DNA of 64,000 nucleotides from Eledone cirrhosa (lineage: Eukaryota), in NCBI GenBank assembly GCA_964016885.1, contig OZ024742.1, positions 179,552,001 through 179,616,000 of the forward strand. Direction: 5' to 3'. The notes beneath the pieces are model-generated. The model was given only the letters and a program-made list of their open reading frames with translations. It did not search any database and had not been told where the DNA came from. This document shows positions 1 to 13,129 of this stretch, piece by piece. The translations under genes and the position numbers were made by a program. Positions within the stretch are counted from its first letter, which is position 1. Every line of letters begins with the position of its first letter.

Positions 1-157
1 GCACTATGTCAATAATTGTCACAAGTGTAGTGTTTGTACAAGAATGTTCAAGTCGTTGGTTGGACTAAAAAGTCACACTCGTTCAGCGCATCAGTAGGGC
101 TTCTCCTACATGGATATAAAGTAGTGGCCGTACTCGAAAACGAGTTGGCAGCCACCA
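1..157 (+). mobile_element. 3' end of RTE-type LINE (C-terminal C2H2 finger plus 3' UTR)
   Basis: Reads CHKCSVCTRMFKSLVGLKSHTRSAHQ* in one frame. Near-identical copies at 6352-6484 and 6779-6936, each ending at CCACCA before a TA/TATG tract. Confidence 0.7.
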
Positions 158-177
158 TGTATGTACGTATGTATACA

Positions 178-807
178 AAAAAGAGGTATAAGGATTCGTT
201 GAAAGCCTCCTTGAAAGACGTTAACATCTCTGTTGAGACATGGGTAAGCCTAGCTGCTGATCGTAATAAATGGAGAAAGACTCCGCATGAGGGTAAAGGT
301 ACTTTTGAAACATCTCAAATCGCATACGAAAAAGTAAAAAGGGATGTGAGGAAAGACATTGCTGTTGCATTTCCAGACAACGAAGGTACTCCTATGGCAC
401 TGACATGCTTAGCAGTCATAAAGTGAGACCAGTGGTTGACTACCAGGCTGCTGTCGAAGATGTTGCTCATCATACCTGTCAAGCATGTGGAAGAGAGTGT
501 AGATCAGCAGGAGGGCTCAAACGACATGCGAAAGTACATGAAATCCAAACACAGCCGGCTGTTGCCAGTGAATGTTTTGGTTGCCAACTCTGTGAAAGAC
601 ACTTTAGATTATTGGCTGGGAAAAGAGGGAGAAATAGGGGTATAGATAAGATGAGGGGTTAAATGTTATCTTTATCCTTTTACAATTGCATGTTATTAGT
701 CTTCGAAGGATCTTATTTATAAGCGATATCATTGAAATACCTTAATCGAAGATTTGGTAGATTATTGGCTGGGCTAAAAAGCCACATTCGATCACAACAC
801 CATTAAT
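178..807 (+). mobile_element. RTE (BovB-like) LINE C-terminal remnant with C2H2 fingers, interrupted by a short insertion
   Basis: KKRYKDSLKASLKD...WVSLAADRNKWR is a typical RTE C-terminus, followed by CQACGRECRSAGGLKRHAKVH. The finger CQLCERHFRLLAG/LKSHIRSQHH* is split by an insertion at 621-757. Confidence 0.75.
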
Positions 808-815
808 TGTTAATA

Positions 816-858
<43 letters not shown>

Positions 859-890
859 AGATCAAAAGATGGTTAAAGGAGTTCCATATA

Positions 891-957
891 TTTTATTATG
901 CGCATTTCAAAAACAAACATCATCAAGCAATAATATTTGTGTTTTCATCAGATAAAA
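891..957 (-). ncRNA. Type I hammerhead ribozyme in pLTR (inverted copy)
   Basis: Exact reverse complement of the motif at 4195-4261. Confidence 0.8.
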
Positions 958-3900
958 CAGGAGAACATGATATGAAGGCTAAAAAAACACTTGTTGATAG
1001 TGCAGTTTTAAATCAACATATGAAAAGTGGTTTTAGATTGATGTGTGATATTGGGAAAAATATTTTATTTAGAGAGGGGGGGGGGGAGGATGAAAAGGGA
1101 AGGAGATGAGAGGGAGAGATGGGTGATAGAGAGAAAGAGATAGTTTTTATAACTGAGAGGAGATATATTTTTTACATAGAGGGGTTGAAAACCGTTGGAA
1201 GATACTGTATAAATTAAAATTTTGAAAATTAACGAAGGGAGGATATGTGCGAGGAAAAAATATTTTATTTAGGGAGGGGCGGGTGGAAAGGATGAAAAAA
1301 AGGGGGGAGGAGATGAGAGTGAAGGTGGAGAGGGAGAGATGGGTGATAGAGAGAAAGAGATAGTTTTTATAACTGAGAAAAAGATATATTGTTTTAATAT
1401 AGAGAGGTTGGGAACCGTTGGAAGATAATGTATAAATTAAAGGAATTTGAAAATTAACGAAGGGAAATTATGTATGAAGATAGAGAGAAAAAATAATAAT
1501 TGTGGGTGAATATTCTAACGTCAAAAGAAGAAATGTATGTATTGTGGCAAATTTCAAAATTAGCGAAGAGAAAAATTAAGGTTTGTGTGTAGAAGGATTT
1601 GAGAAAAATAATGTGAAGTTAAAGTTTGTATATTGAATTGATATGTATTAATAATGAGTTCGTTGATGGGGAGAAAAAAAAAAATAATAATAATAAATTA
1701 AGGATGAAATTGAGATTAAAAAGATTTATGATAGAGAGAAAAAATAATAATGATTGCGGATGAATATTCAAAATGTCAAAAACAAATGTTATTATTTTAC
1801 GAGAAGATAGAATGAGGGTAATGAGTAAACGAGTATTATAGAGTGTATAATGCCCTTTAAAGTAAGGTAGATGGGTATATTTTAAAGAGGTGTATGTATA
1901 TGTGCCTTTGAGAAAAGATTCTAAATTGATAAAGAATTGAATATTAACTGTATACTTTGTGAAAAGTTCTATGGAATTTATGCAGGCAGATAGAAGACAA
2001 ATCTGAGCGTCTATTTATTATAGATTCTAGGTTAGAGATAATGGTAAATTTTTCATTTAGGCAGAGATTACAGATTTTAGATAGAGAGCTGTTCAAGTAT
2101 GAGGATGCAGAAGAAATCTTTTTCCAAAAGATGTTATATTTAATGTTTTTGTCTTTTAAGGACCATATGAGTTCTGAGAGAGCAGTGTTAGTTCTTTTAA
2201 GTTTGTATTTGAAAGATGAATGATGATTATAGAGACGAGCTTTAAAAGAGGTGGAAGTGGAGCCAAAATAGGTGAAGGAATTGGTGCTAGTTATAATTTT
2301 ACATTCATAAATTAAGTTTTTATCGAGGCAATGGTTGTTGAGAGGACATTTATTTTTAATGCGGCAGTTGCAATTAGAGAGATTATTAATGAGTGATCTA
2401 GTGTTATCTATAGAAGGAATTGGATTGGAGAAGTTGTTTGCGATAGGAATAATAGGAATAATAGTTTCTTGATTTAGAGTTGGATTATGAACATTTAGCG
2501 AAGTTGTGTTTGACGTTGTATTTGGGTTTACAGAAGTTAGCCTAGGGTTTACAATGACGTCGGGAGTACTATTACTGTTATTATGAAATTCAATATTGGA
2601 AGGAAGAGATTTAGTATTTAATATTTTGTTGTTGTGTTTAGAGATGATGTTGGAAATATTGGAGGATGTAGAATACGAAAATTTGATGGTGTGTTTGTTA
2701 AATATTTTACTATAGATATGTGAGGGAGGGAAGCATTTATTTAAGGCACTAAAAAATAATTTAGGAATATTGTTATTAATAGAGATGGAGAAAGGAGCAT
2801 TATACCAGATTATGTTTTTGTATCTAGGTCTTTTATTAAAATTATTGGAATGGTCATGATTAATTATTCTACTGTAAGTTTTCCTAGAATTTGTTTCTTT
2901 ATTATATTTGATTTTATCTGGATAGCCGGCTTTAGAAAGTGCGTTATTATAGTAATTGGCGTTAGCATCAAAGATGTTTTTATTAGAAGATATGTTAGAT
3001 ATTCTATTTCCAATATTATTAACTATAGCATTCTTGATATTGGTAGGATGGTTAGATTTAAAGTTAACATAATTAAGATTCTCATTGTTTTTATGGTAAG
3101 GGTAATATAGGCCAGTGTCAAGATTAAGAGATAATCCAAGAAATTAGCTAGTTTGATACTATTATCAAATTCAATTTTTAGGTTATGTTGGTTAAAGAGA
3201 TTACGTATATTGTTCTTAATAATATTAAGTTTAACTATATTGCAATTTAGGATAGTAAAGAGTCCATCGTCACGATAAATTCCACCGCGAAGTTGAGGAA
3301 TTTTCCGCATTATACACTCTATAATACTCGTTTACTCATTACCCTCATTCTATCTTCTCGTAAAATAATAACATTTGTTTTTGACATTTTGAATATTCAT
3401 CCGCAATCATTATTATTTTTTCTCTCTATCATAAATCTTTTTAATCTCAATTTCATCCTTAATTTATTATTATTTTTTTTTTCTCCCCATCAACGAACTC
3501 ATTATTAATACATATCAATTCAATATACAAACTTTAACTTCACATTATTTTTCTCAAATCCTTCTACACACAAACCTTAATTTTTCTCTTCGCTAATTTT
3601 GAAATTGCCACAATACATACATTTCTTCTTTTGACGTTAGAATATTCACCCACAATTATTATTTTTTCTCTCTATCTTCATACATAATTTCCCTTCGTTA
3701 ATTTTCAAATTCCTTTAATTTATACATTATCTTCCAACGGTTCCCAACCTCTCTATATTAAAACAATATATCTTTTTCTCAGTTATAAAAACTATCTCTT
3801 TCTCTCTATCACCCATCTCTCCCTCTCCACCTTCACTCTCATCTCCTCCCCCCTTTTTTTCATCCTTTCCACCCGCCCCTCCCTAAATAAAATATTTTTT

Positions 3901-4194
3901 CCTCGCACATATCCTCCCTTCGTTAATTTTCAAAATTTTAATTTATACAGTATCTTCCAACGGTTTTCAACCCCTCTATGTAAAAAATATATCTCCTCTC
4001 AGTTATAAAAACTATCTCTTTCTCTCTATCACCCATCTCTCCCTCTCATCTCCTTCCCTTTTCATCCTCCCCCCCCCCTCTAAATAAAATATTTTTCCCA
4101 ATATCACACATCAATCTAAAACCACTTTTCATATGTTGATTTAAAACTGCACTATCAACAAGTGTTTTTTTAGCCTTCATATCATGTTCTCCTG

Positions 4195-4261
4195 TTTTAT
4201 CTGATGAAAACACAAATATTATTGCTTGATGATGTTTGTTTTTGAAATGCGCATAATAAAA
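4195..4261 (+). ncRNA. Type I hammerhead ribozyme in pLTR
   Basis: TTTTAT-CTGATGA-(hairpin II AAAC...GTTT)-GAAA-TGCGCA-TA-ATAAAA. Stem I is TTTTAT/ATAAAA and stem III is palindromic, as in minimal Penelope HHRs. Confidence 0.8.
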
Positions 4262-4384
4262 TATATGGAACTCCTTTAACCATCTTTTGATCTTATATTA
4301 TGCATACTCCAGTCCCACAAACTGTAGAGTGCTTCTTATCCGATATCTGCATTGCTTTATTGTACTACAATAAAACTCACCTCC

Positions 4385-4388
<4 letters not shown>

Positions 4389-4478
<90 letters not shown>

Positions 4479-4712
4479 TGTATATATGTATACATGTATA
4501 TATGTGTGTATGTGTATGTATGTGTATTTATGTATATGTGTATACATGTATATATGTGTGTATGTGTGTGTATATGTATTTATATATGTATTTATATATG
4601 CGTATATAGGTACATGTATATATATATGTATATATATGTATATATATATATATATGTACATATATATACATGTATATATATATGTATATATATGTATATA
4701 TATATGTACATA
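4389..4712. repeat. (TA)n/(TG)n/(TATG)n microsatellite
   Basis: Direct reading. The overlapping YIYI/VCVC ORFs are artefacts. Confidence 0.95.
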
Positions 4713-4965
4713 TTATGCTAACAGAATAACTATGAAGCTTGTCTCCTTCCTTCTACGGTTAGCTCTACTCTTTGTTGTTATCTTGTCTCACTCGCTTTAC
4801 GCGTTTTAATTGTCCTAATAACTTAATTTAGTTATTATTGCACCGACGTGAGGTATATGATTTTTAATGCAATGAAATATCTATGATCGTCGGCAAATCA
4901 CTGATGAGGGACTTATTTTATTACATGTTATCCATGTGCTACCAGCAGTATTTTTCTCCCCATTT

Positions 4966-5063
<98 letters not shown>

Positions 5064-5686
5064 TCAACCACGCAGCACGTTTATTCTCATATTTACACTT
5101 TTTTTCCCCCGCTGTGACCCGTCTAGTTCGTTCTTACTGCTTCCTCTTTCTCTGTATCTTTACCCTCTCTAACAGTCACTCTCTCTGTTAGCCTCTTCTT
5201 CACCCTTCACTCACTCACTCTCTGTTACTACCTCTCCTCCTCCTCCTCTTTCTTCTCGTTTGACCTGTGTGTAATTCTTTTCTTTCGGACGCTTGGTCAG
5301 GCTGCTTTGCCTTTTTTCTCTCTCCCGTCTACGATTTCACAGAACTTATGTTCACCGAATTCACAGACTAGATTCCTTTTCCTTCCCGTTAGACCTGTAC
5401 GGAATTCCTTCCTTGCTCACATTCCAACTAGGTTTGATGGTCTTTATTCTCTCTCGTTCACGATTTCACCGATCTCATATTCATGGAAATTTGGGACTTG
5501 ACTCGTTCTTCCTCATTTTTCGTTGCTTCACCATCTTTGTTTGTTTACACTCTCGCTGTTCCCTTTATTTACGTGTCTCAACGACTTTCTTTAGCCGTTG
5601 CTCGCACCAACCGGAGGTATATGGTCTTTAAAGCGAAGCTATACCGATGATGTTTGGAAGATCACTGATGAAGGACCACTTTATTC

Positions 5687-5726
<40 letters not shown>

Positions 5727-5744
5727 CAGAGCAGAGTATGATAT

Positions 5745-6298
5745 CACATAAGAAACGGAGAATCAGTGTTGCGACGAATAAAATTTATTAGACATATTAC
5801 AATCGTTTCTCTGGCGATCAGCTCGAGGCACTTTCGAAGTAATGATCGAACCTGACTCTGAAATCGCAAGGTCCTCAGATACATCTCGATTTTACGAACC
5901 AGATTTTCCAAATGTCCAGTTACACCCGTGACCCTCACTCGGCAGCTTAGATCCTGTTGTCATTCTATGAGTGGTCAAAAATTGTACACGTCATCGGTAT
6001 TTTTGGCCACTCATGGCCGTCCTATATTTGGTTGAGCCTCTGCCCTTCTAAAATCCCGGAGAGCTCAATTTTCTGGCCACTGTCACCGTGCCAGCAATGA
6101 AATCATATCCGCTCTCTTGCTCTGGAACCCTGACTCCAGCCTGACTAGGAGTAGGAAGCTGTCATTCCCTGACGTTATCTCTAGGGATACGGGAATCAGC
6201 AGACAAGACCTGGGGGCAGCGATGGGGGACAGTGGATTCTGGGGCATGAGAGTGAGATCCATCATCTCGACAGTAGTCGACGAGTGATGGTGATGATA
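5745..6298 (+). mobile_element. RTE-related 3' fragment with (TGA)n-like tail
   Basis: 6175-6298 is the reverse complement of the 3' end of the element at 60378-61132 and ends GTGATGGTGATGAT. Confidence 0.55.
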
Positions 6299-6351
6299 TT
6301 TGGTTACCTTCATTCGTCACCTGTCAATTAAAGTTGTTTCTTAAATCGGAA

Positions 6352-6933
6352 TGTAGTGTTTGTACCAGAGTTTTCAAGACGCTGGCTGGACTAAAAAGTC
6401 ACACTCATTCAGCGCATCGGTAGGGGTTCTCCTACATGGATATAAAGTAGTGGCCGTACTCGAAAACGAGTTGGCAGCCACCATGTATATATATATATCT
6501 GTATGTATTTATGTATATATATATCCGGGAGAGATGACCCCTTAGCCTTTCTCAAGGCAGAATTCTAGGAGAAGGAAAACTCTGATATAACACCTGCAAC
6601 CCTGATGGTATCCAATGATGTTGACTTGTTCTTCTTTTTGGTAAATATCATCTTGGTTAAGAGAGTGGGACTGGCTTCGTGCAGTGCCTTTGCTCACTAT
6701 AAAAGCTTCACGGCACAGGCATTGCTTTATATCTGGAGATCTCTCTGCACTTGTCGTCACATGGTGCCAAGGGCCCAGCACTATGTGTCAATAATTGTCA
6801 CAAGTGTAGTGTTTGTACCGGAGTTTTCAAGTCGCTGGCTGGACTAAAAAGTCACACTTGTTTAGCGCATCAGTCGGGGTTCTCCTACATGGATATAAAG
6901 TAGTGGCTGTACTCGAAAACGAGTTGGCAGCCA

Positions 6934-6936
<3 letters not shown>
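6352..6936 (+). mobile_element. Two further 3'-end copies of the zinc-finger RTE LINE (6352-6484, ~6540-6936)
   Basis: High similarity to 1-157. Each is followed by (TA)n. Confidence 0.7.
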
Positions 6937-6974
<38 letters not shown>

Positions 6975-6979
<5 letters not shown>

Positions 6980-7946
6980 TCAGGTTATCAATAATGTAGT
7001 GATAATATATCGTTACGTTAGAGATGAACAGCGTACGTGCAGGTTTGCTCAACGAGTATAAATTATATTCCGGAGAAAATGTAGAAAGGATGAATATAAA
7101 ATGAAAGTGCTTTTTTTAAAAAAGGAATTTATTAGGTATTGACATATGTTTCTGTAATAGGAATTTTGTAAATTATGTAATGTGGAATTATTTTGTATTA
7201 TGAAATCCAAAAACATTTTATTAAATAACAGAATAGAGCGATCGTTATACTGTAACCATCGCTTAAAATCTACATTTTCATATTATAAATACTACCAGGA
7301 TTGAACGCCTGTCTCTATCCCCGTTTGATTGTCAAAATAGATATTAACATTCTTTATTAGTCTTAATTCTATCAACTCTTCTATTATTTACCTTTTAATA
7401 CAAACTGCTATAGATAAAATGAGATTTCTGATTTCTTGATTCAATTCCCTAATGCATATACCAGCTGGCTACTAGCATTGATGTTATTTAGTAGCAATCG
7501 AAATCTCCCCCTTTCCCCAATCGACACTTTATAATTAATACTACTGCACCAAATGACCAGCCCTGTCCACTGTCCAGTTGGTCAAGTAGAGATTAAAATT
7601 GGCACTCCCAAAATTCTTATTTAGATTTACTCATGGTATTCTCATTAGAAACCCATTATATACTTGTTTAGCAGTAAATTAATTTACCATCTGTCATATA
7701 CTATCACCTCTGTTTCTTCCTCTATTACTAATATAAATACTTCAATTTTTCTGATTTTATCCAATTTATCCAAAATCTCTGAAGAAGTGACAACTGATTA
7801 TACATTTGCTATCGAATACTTGCTAACATTATATGATTACGCAAGCAGCAATACATAGGTATTCAGTCTGTTACAGAAACATATGTCAATACCTAATAAA
7901 TTCCTTTTTTAAAAAAAGCACTTTCATTTTATATTCATCCTTTCTA
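6975..7946. mobile_element. Penelope-type pLTR remnant with inverted arms and a broken hammerhead
   Basis: Inverted arms at 7082-7160 and 7868-7946. GAAA-CATATG-TC-AATACC has its GGTATT stem I partner at 7858, but the CUGANGA box is missing. Flanked by (TA)n. Confidence 0.6.
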
Positions 7947-7981
7947 TATATATATATATATATTTATTTATATATATATAT

Positions 7982-8710
7982 ATAGGAAAATGTATGACCC
8001 CGACGGCAGAGCTCAAGCCGCTTCGACGGCTATTTCTGGATTAAATTAGAATTTTTAGACTGGTAAATAAATAGCCGAACTTTTCAAGGTGTACTTCCTT
8101 ATATGGGAAGATTGTAGTTATTAATCAATTCTATAGCATTGGCTGAAAAAGCAACACCAACTAAATATAGCAGCTATTTTAAACTCCACAGTTTTTGTTT
8201 TTTATCACTTCTTACTATCGAATTTTATATTTTTATATATCTTTCTCTTATTTTTTTATTGACTCCAAATCTCAATTGATTTACCTATTCTATAACGTCC
8301 CTCCTTTATATCCTCCAGAACCCTTTTTCGCCTACTTCCTCTGGCCTACTTTCATACACAATCCTTAGCATTTGCTGTAAGGATTTGACTTTCAACGATT
8401 GACCGGACCCACCCACTCCCTCATTGCTCTACAGGCAAGTTCAGCCACCTCCACCCACTGCCATGATAGACTTAATTTTGTTTACAAGAAATGTTGACCA
8501 ATCCTCTTGACAACTACAATCTTCCCATATAAGGAAGTAGCCCTTGAAAAGTTCAGCTAGTTATTTACCAGGCTAAAAATTCTAATTTAGTCCAGAAATA
8601 GCCGTCGAAACGGCTTGAGCTCTGCCGTCGGGGTCATACATTTTCCTATTACCCACTCTACATTGTTGCGTTATGGTCCATCTGGTTCCTTACCACAACT
8701 CCTTCGTTAC
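7982..8710. mobile_element. Non-coding Penelope-type pLTR element, 138-bp inverted arms plus tail
   Basis: Arms at 7982-8119 and 8512-8649, tail at 8650-8710, flanked by (TA)n. Each arm carries a hammerhead motif. Confidence 0.75.
8541..8632 (+). ncRNA. Type I hammerhead ribozyme, U3-A8 core variant, long stem II
   Basis: CCC-TTGAAAA-(long stem II)-GAAA-CGGC-TTGAGCTCT-GCCG-TC-GGG, with predicted cleavage after GUC at 8629. The inverted copy at 7999-8090 has a better stem II (CGGCTATTT/AAATAGCCG) but reads GAAG. Confidence 0.65.
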
Positions 8711-9125
8711 ATATATATATAAATGTTTCGTGTAATGGCCATTCTCGATAACAAGGGGGCAACCATCATGTATATATGTATGTATGTGTGTAAATATGTA
8801 TGTATGTGGCTATAATAATAGTTGTATATGTATTATACATATAAAGTATATATGTTTGTGTATAGGTAAACAAACGCACCTCTATTCACACACACATACA
8901 CATTCCAACACATATACACACACACGCACACACACACACACATATATATATAAACAATCTCAAGCCAATCAACCAATCAACGAACGAATATGCTAGGCCT
9001 TACAACATTATATAAATAATTCTCGCCATTATTTCCATATCTGTGTTGAAGAGATAAACACGCTCTCTATTTTATTCTATAATTCCCAATATTTTTCTTA
9101 AATGAACTTCAAATAATTTGTGATC

Positions 9126-9478
9126 ATGGTTTATTTCACTATGTTATCACATAAAATAATATATATCTTCTATTGTTTCCTGCTGGTGATTCCCTTCTCA
9201 GCTTCTGCTCAATTTCTATATCCAAAGCAAAAAATGCCCCAAAGGGGGTTACATGAGAAGATTGAACTTTTCGCTAACACTTTGCTTCGAGTTGAAAATA
9301 TGGTTGGAGCTGCTGTAGCTGTGGTCAAGAATGATCAAGTGGTATACTCACAAGGTTTTGGTCGACGTAATATAAACAGCGATGATAGAGTTAATAATAA
9401 TACATTATTTGGTATAGCTTCTTTAACGAAAGCATTTGCAGCAGCAACTCTAGTGAAGGTTATTGAAGATCAGAAAAA
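9126..9478 (+). CDS. Beta-lactamase/PBP-family serine hydrolase, exon 1 (signal peptide, SxxK)
   Basis: ATG at 9126 (alternative 9141). Hydrophobic leader ending ASA-QF, then GAAVAVVKNDQVVYSQGFG...TLFGIASLTKAF. Donor GTAAGT at 9479, phase 2. Confidence 0.88.
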
Positions 9479-10569
9479 GTAAGTTAACATATTTTTTACA
9501 CTTACCTGATTTTTTCTGGTTTTCTTTTGTTATTTTTTAATCGTATGTTCAAGCATGAAAGGGCAGTGCCCATGGCTCTGATCCCCCGGGACTGCTGGTG
9601 GAGGGAGATTTTATATACAATTTATTTACTTTTATGTGGCGAATTGACAGAATAGTTAGCTCGCTGGATTACATGGTTCGGTATTTGTTGTCTCTGCGAT
9701 CTTTGTTGAAATCACGCCGCGATAACCATAGCCTTTTATCTTTTACGGGTGTCGATAAATAAAGTCTCAGTTCATTAGTGCTGGATTCTCTGCGATATAT
9801 ACTCCGGATCTGTTCATTCTCTGTTTAGATCCCACCTGTTGCCGCCGGAAAAAAAAAACACGGTCGCGCTTCTGCTAGAAGATATAGACAGAATATAGCA
9901 CCCGCAAAGTAAAAACTGATAGAAATATTGTTTTCTTGTTTTGATCTGACGATCGATTTTTATATTTAGTTGTCACCAGAAAGCAATATGTTTCTAGTTG
10001 TGTAATTTTGTGAAGATATACAAAACCATCACGAAAATGTATGTTACACTCTCTTCTGTATGTATACATGTATGTAAGAAGCAAGAAGGGAACCTCGATA
10101 TATCTTGACCTGTTAGACATAGCAGTCGAACCCTTCTCAAATCACAAAATATTGGCTTATCTAGGTATGTATGAGACCTCGACACTACAACTAGACGGAG
10201 CAGAAATAACCAAATTTTCATTAAACCACTCTTTACAGACTTGTATATATGAATGTGAAAGCGCGTGGTTTCGGGTGTTAGGTTCACGATCGTAATGTGT
10301 TGAGCTCAATTCCCGGTGGCAGTCTGTGTCATTGAGTAAGACACTTTATTTCCAGTCAACTAACAAAATTGAGTTTTTTTGGCAGTGTCATGTTGAATAT
10401 ATATGTATAAGATATGGTGTGGTAAAAAATCAGGTGGCCCATAACCCACCAGAGTACTCGATACTCGGGGTAGTAGAGTGGGTAATATGAAAAGATTCAA
10501 AGCCTGGATTTAGTTCGGACCTTTCTGTCGAAATAGGTGGAACTCAGCCGTCGGGTCCCTGAATCTTTT

Positions 10570-10684
<115 letters not shown>

Positions 10685-10686
10685 TG

Positions 10687-10737
10687 AGATTCTACAGGAC
10701 TAGAACTGTTTCATTCTTTAGAAATCATCAGGAATCT
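10687..10737 (-). ncRNA. Type I hammerhead ribozyme in a ~60-bp island within (TA)n
   Basis: Minus strand: AGATTC-CTGATGA-T-TTC-TAAA-GAA-T-GAAA-CAG-TTCTAGTC-CTG-TA-GAATCT. A related truncated copy at 51183-51223 has a different loop II. Confidence 0.75.
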
Positions 10738-10862
10738 GATACACACATATATATATATATATATATACATCTATATTAAAACTTTTATACTCTGCAATGT
10801 ATTGAGTACCTTACTTACTGTGGTTACCTCCGATTCAACCAGGAATAAAGTATATATATATG

Positions 10863-10921
<59 letters not shown>

Positions 10922-11206
10922 GAACAACCTTGAATCATAGACAACCTATGTATTTCTGGGGGTACCTAGTATCCCTGGACATATTAACTTCAATCTCTTT
11001 CTCCGTCTGTTGAGAACAATTCTGTTGCTCTATTTAGCTGCTATTTTTTTAGTAGTAATTGTAGACAGCAAGTCTTTGATTTTCCCGCTTTTACTTCGGT
11101 CCAGTTTACATACGGGTCACTTTTACGACCTTTCAGACCTTTATTTGCTGGCAGGAGGTTATATATTTTGTCGTTCCTGGGACGTTTAGCCCTAGGAAGG
11201 GAAAAT

Positions 11207-11288
11207 GCTTCTCTGATGAGCTTAGGTTTTCCATCATAAATCCATCGGATTTATGAGGTTTTACAAAGCGAAACTGATCAGTAAGGGC
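11207..11288 (+). ncRNA. Type I hammerhead ribozyme, intron 1 sense strand
   Basis: CTGATGA at 11213. Stem II is GCTT/AAGC with an inner TCATAAATCC/GGATTTATGA hairpin. GAAA at 11270, palindromic CTGATCAG, GUA site at 11283. Stem I is weak. Confidence 0.75.
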
Positions 11289-11382
11289 CACTAGGAGAGG
11301 TAAATATTTATATTATATTTTTTAATGTATTTTAAAAAATTGATTGAATTTTACTTGTTATATATATATATGTATATATATG

Positions 11383-11417
<35 letters not shown>

Positions 11418-11422
11418 GTATA

Positions 11423-11489
<67 letters not shown>

Positions 11490-11518
11490 GTATATATATA
11501 TATATATGTATATATATG

Positions 11519-11553
<35 letters not shown>

Positions 11554-11572
11554 GTATATATATTTATATATG

Positions 11573-11605
<33 letters not shown>

Positions 11606-11614
11606 GTATATATG

Positions 11615-12276
<662 letters not shown>

Positions 12277-12600
12277 ATATATTAATAAGAGGAATTCCAA
12301 CTTTGTCTGATTTACTCGTTTTATTTACAATCCTTTAAAATATATATAATGGTATTATAATGAAATAGTATGATAGAATATTAAATTCTAAGTGTTAATT
12401 GAACAAGTACTTTCATGCTTTCGCAATCTTCAGGTTCATGATATGTGGTGACAGTCGAGTTTGCAATTTTCAACTGTTCATACTATTTCATTATAATACC
12501 ATTATATATATTTTAAAGGATTGTAAATAAAACGAGTAAATCAGACAAAGTTGGAATTCCTCTTATTAATATAATCTTCTATACAGAATCATACACACCC
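12277..12600. mobile_element. Small foldback element (~95-bp inverted arms) enclosing a hammerhead
   Basis: Arms at ~12277-12373 and ~12478-12572, with a short tail running to (TA)n. Confidence 0.7.
12400..12438 (-). ncRNA. Minimal 39-nt type I hammerhead ribozyme
   Basis: Minus strand: TGAAC-CTGAAGA-T-TGC-GAAA-GCA-T-GAAA-GTAC-TT-GTTCA. Confidence 0.78.
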
Positions 12601-12621
12601 GTGTATATTTACCTATCTATA

Positions 12622-12778
<157 letters not shown>

Positions 12779-12951
12779 AAAAAAGTAAACTTTTTCGCTC
12801 TACATGGCTGAATACAATAAATGTAAGTGAATTTTTCGAATATTGATAATTATTTTCGATTCGTTTGCAATTATGCAAACAAGCTTCATTTTTAAAACCA
12901 TGTCAGTACAATGAGCCCCTCATTCTTGCTCTTGTGTTGGCATGTAAACAG

Positions 12952-12999
12952 AACTGCAGACACTAATGTTTTTGGGTATTACCCTTCATCAGTACAGTT
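12952..12999 (-). ncRNA. Decayed hammerhead (catalytic G12 lost)
   Basis: Minus strand: AACTGTA-CTGATGA-A-GGG-TAATA-CCC-AAAAA-CATTAGTG-TC-TGCAGTT. The stems are intact but GAAA reads AAAA. Confidence 0.6.
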
Positions 13000-13129
13000 A
13001 ACTGTTCACCTGCCAAACTGTCAGAGCTAGTGAAAATATGATATTTTCTAAAATATAGAGTGAGTGATCGGCCTGATTTGCATATTAGCAGATTTAGTCC
13101 TGTAGAAGCCATTTCTATATTAAGCGTTA

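Larger units (their letters stand above)
852..4388 (-). mobile_element. 5'-truncated Penelope-like element with ~1 kb inverted pLTRs
   Basis: Inverted arms at 852-1853 and 3307-4300. The minus strand between them encodes the RT end (GIYRDDGL...NFLD) and a GIY-YIG domain (CNCRIKNKCPL...IYECKI...YFGSTSTSFKARLYNH...CNLCLNEK). An asymmetric tail lies at 4301-4388, and (TA)n flanks both sides. Confidence 0.9.

Noticed and set aside
4732-4809. [25 protein letters not shown] as an upstream signal-peptide exon
   Set aside because: It ends in a stop with no convincing donor, lies in a repeat island, and exon 1 already has its own leader. An alternative acceptor at 9201 cannot be excluded.
9946-9997. 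CTGACGA...GAAA as a hammerhead
   Set aside because: No stem I complementarity and poor stem II.
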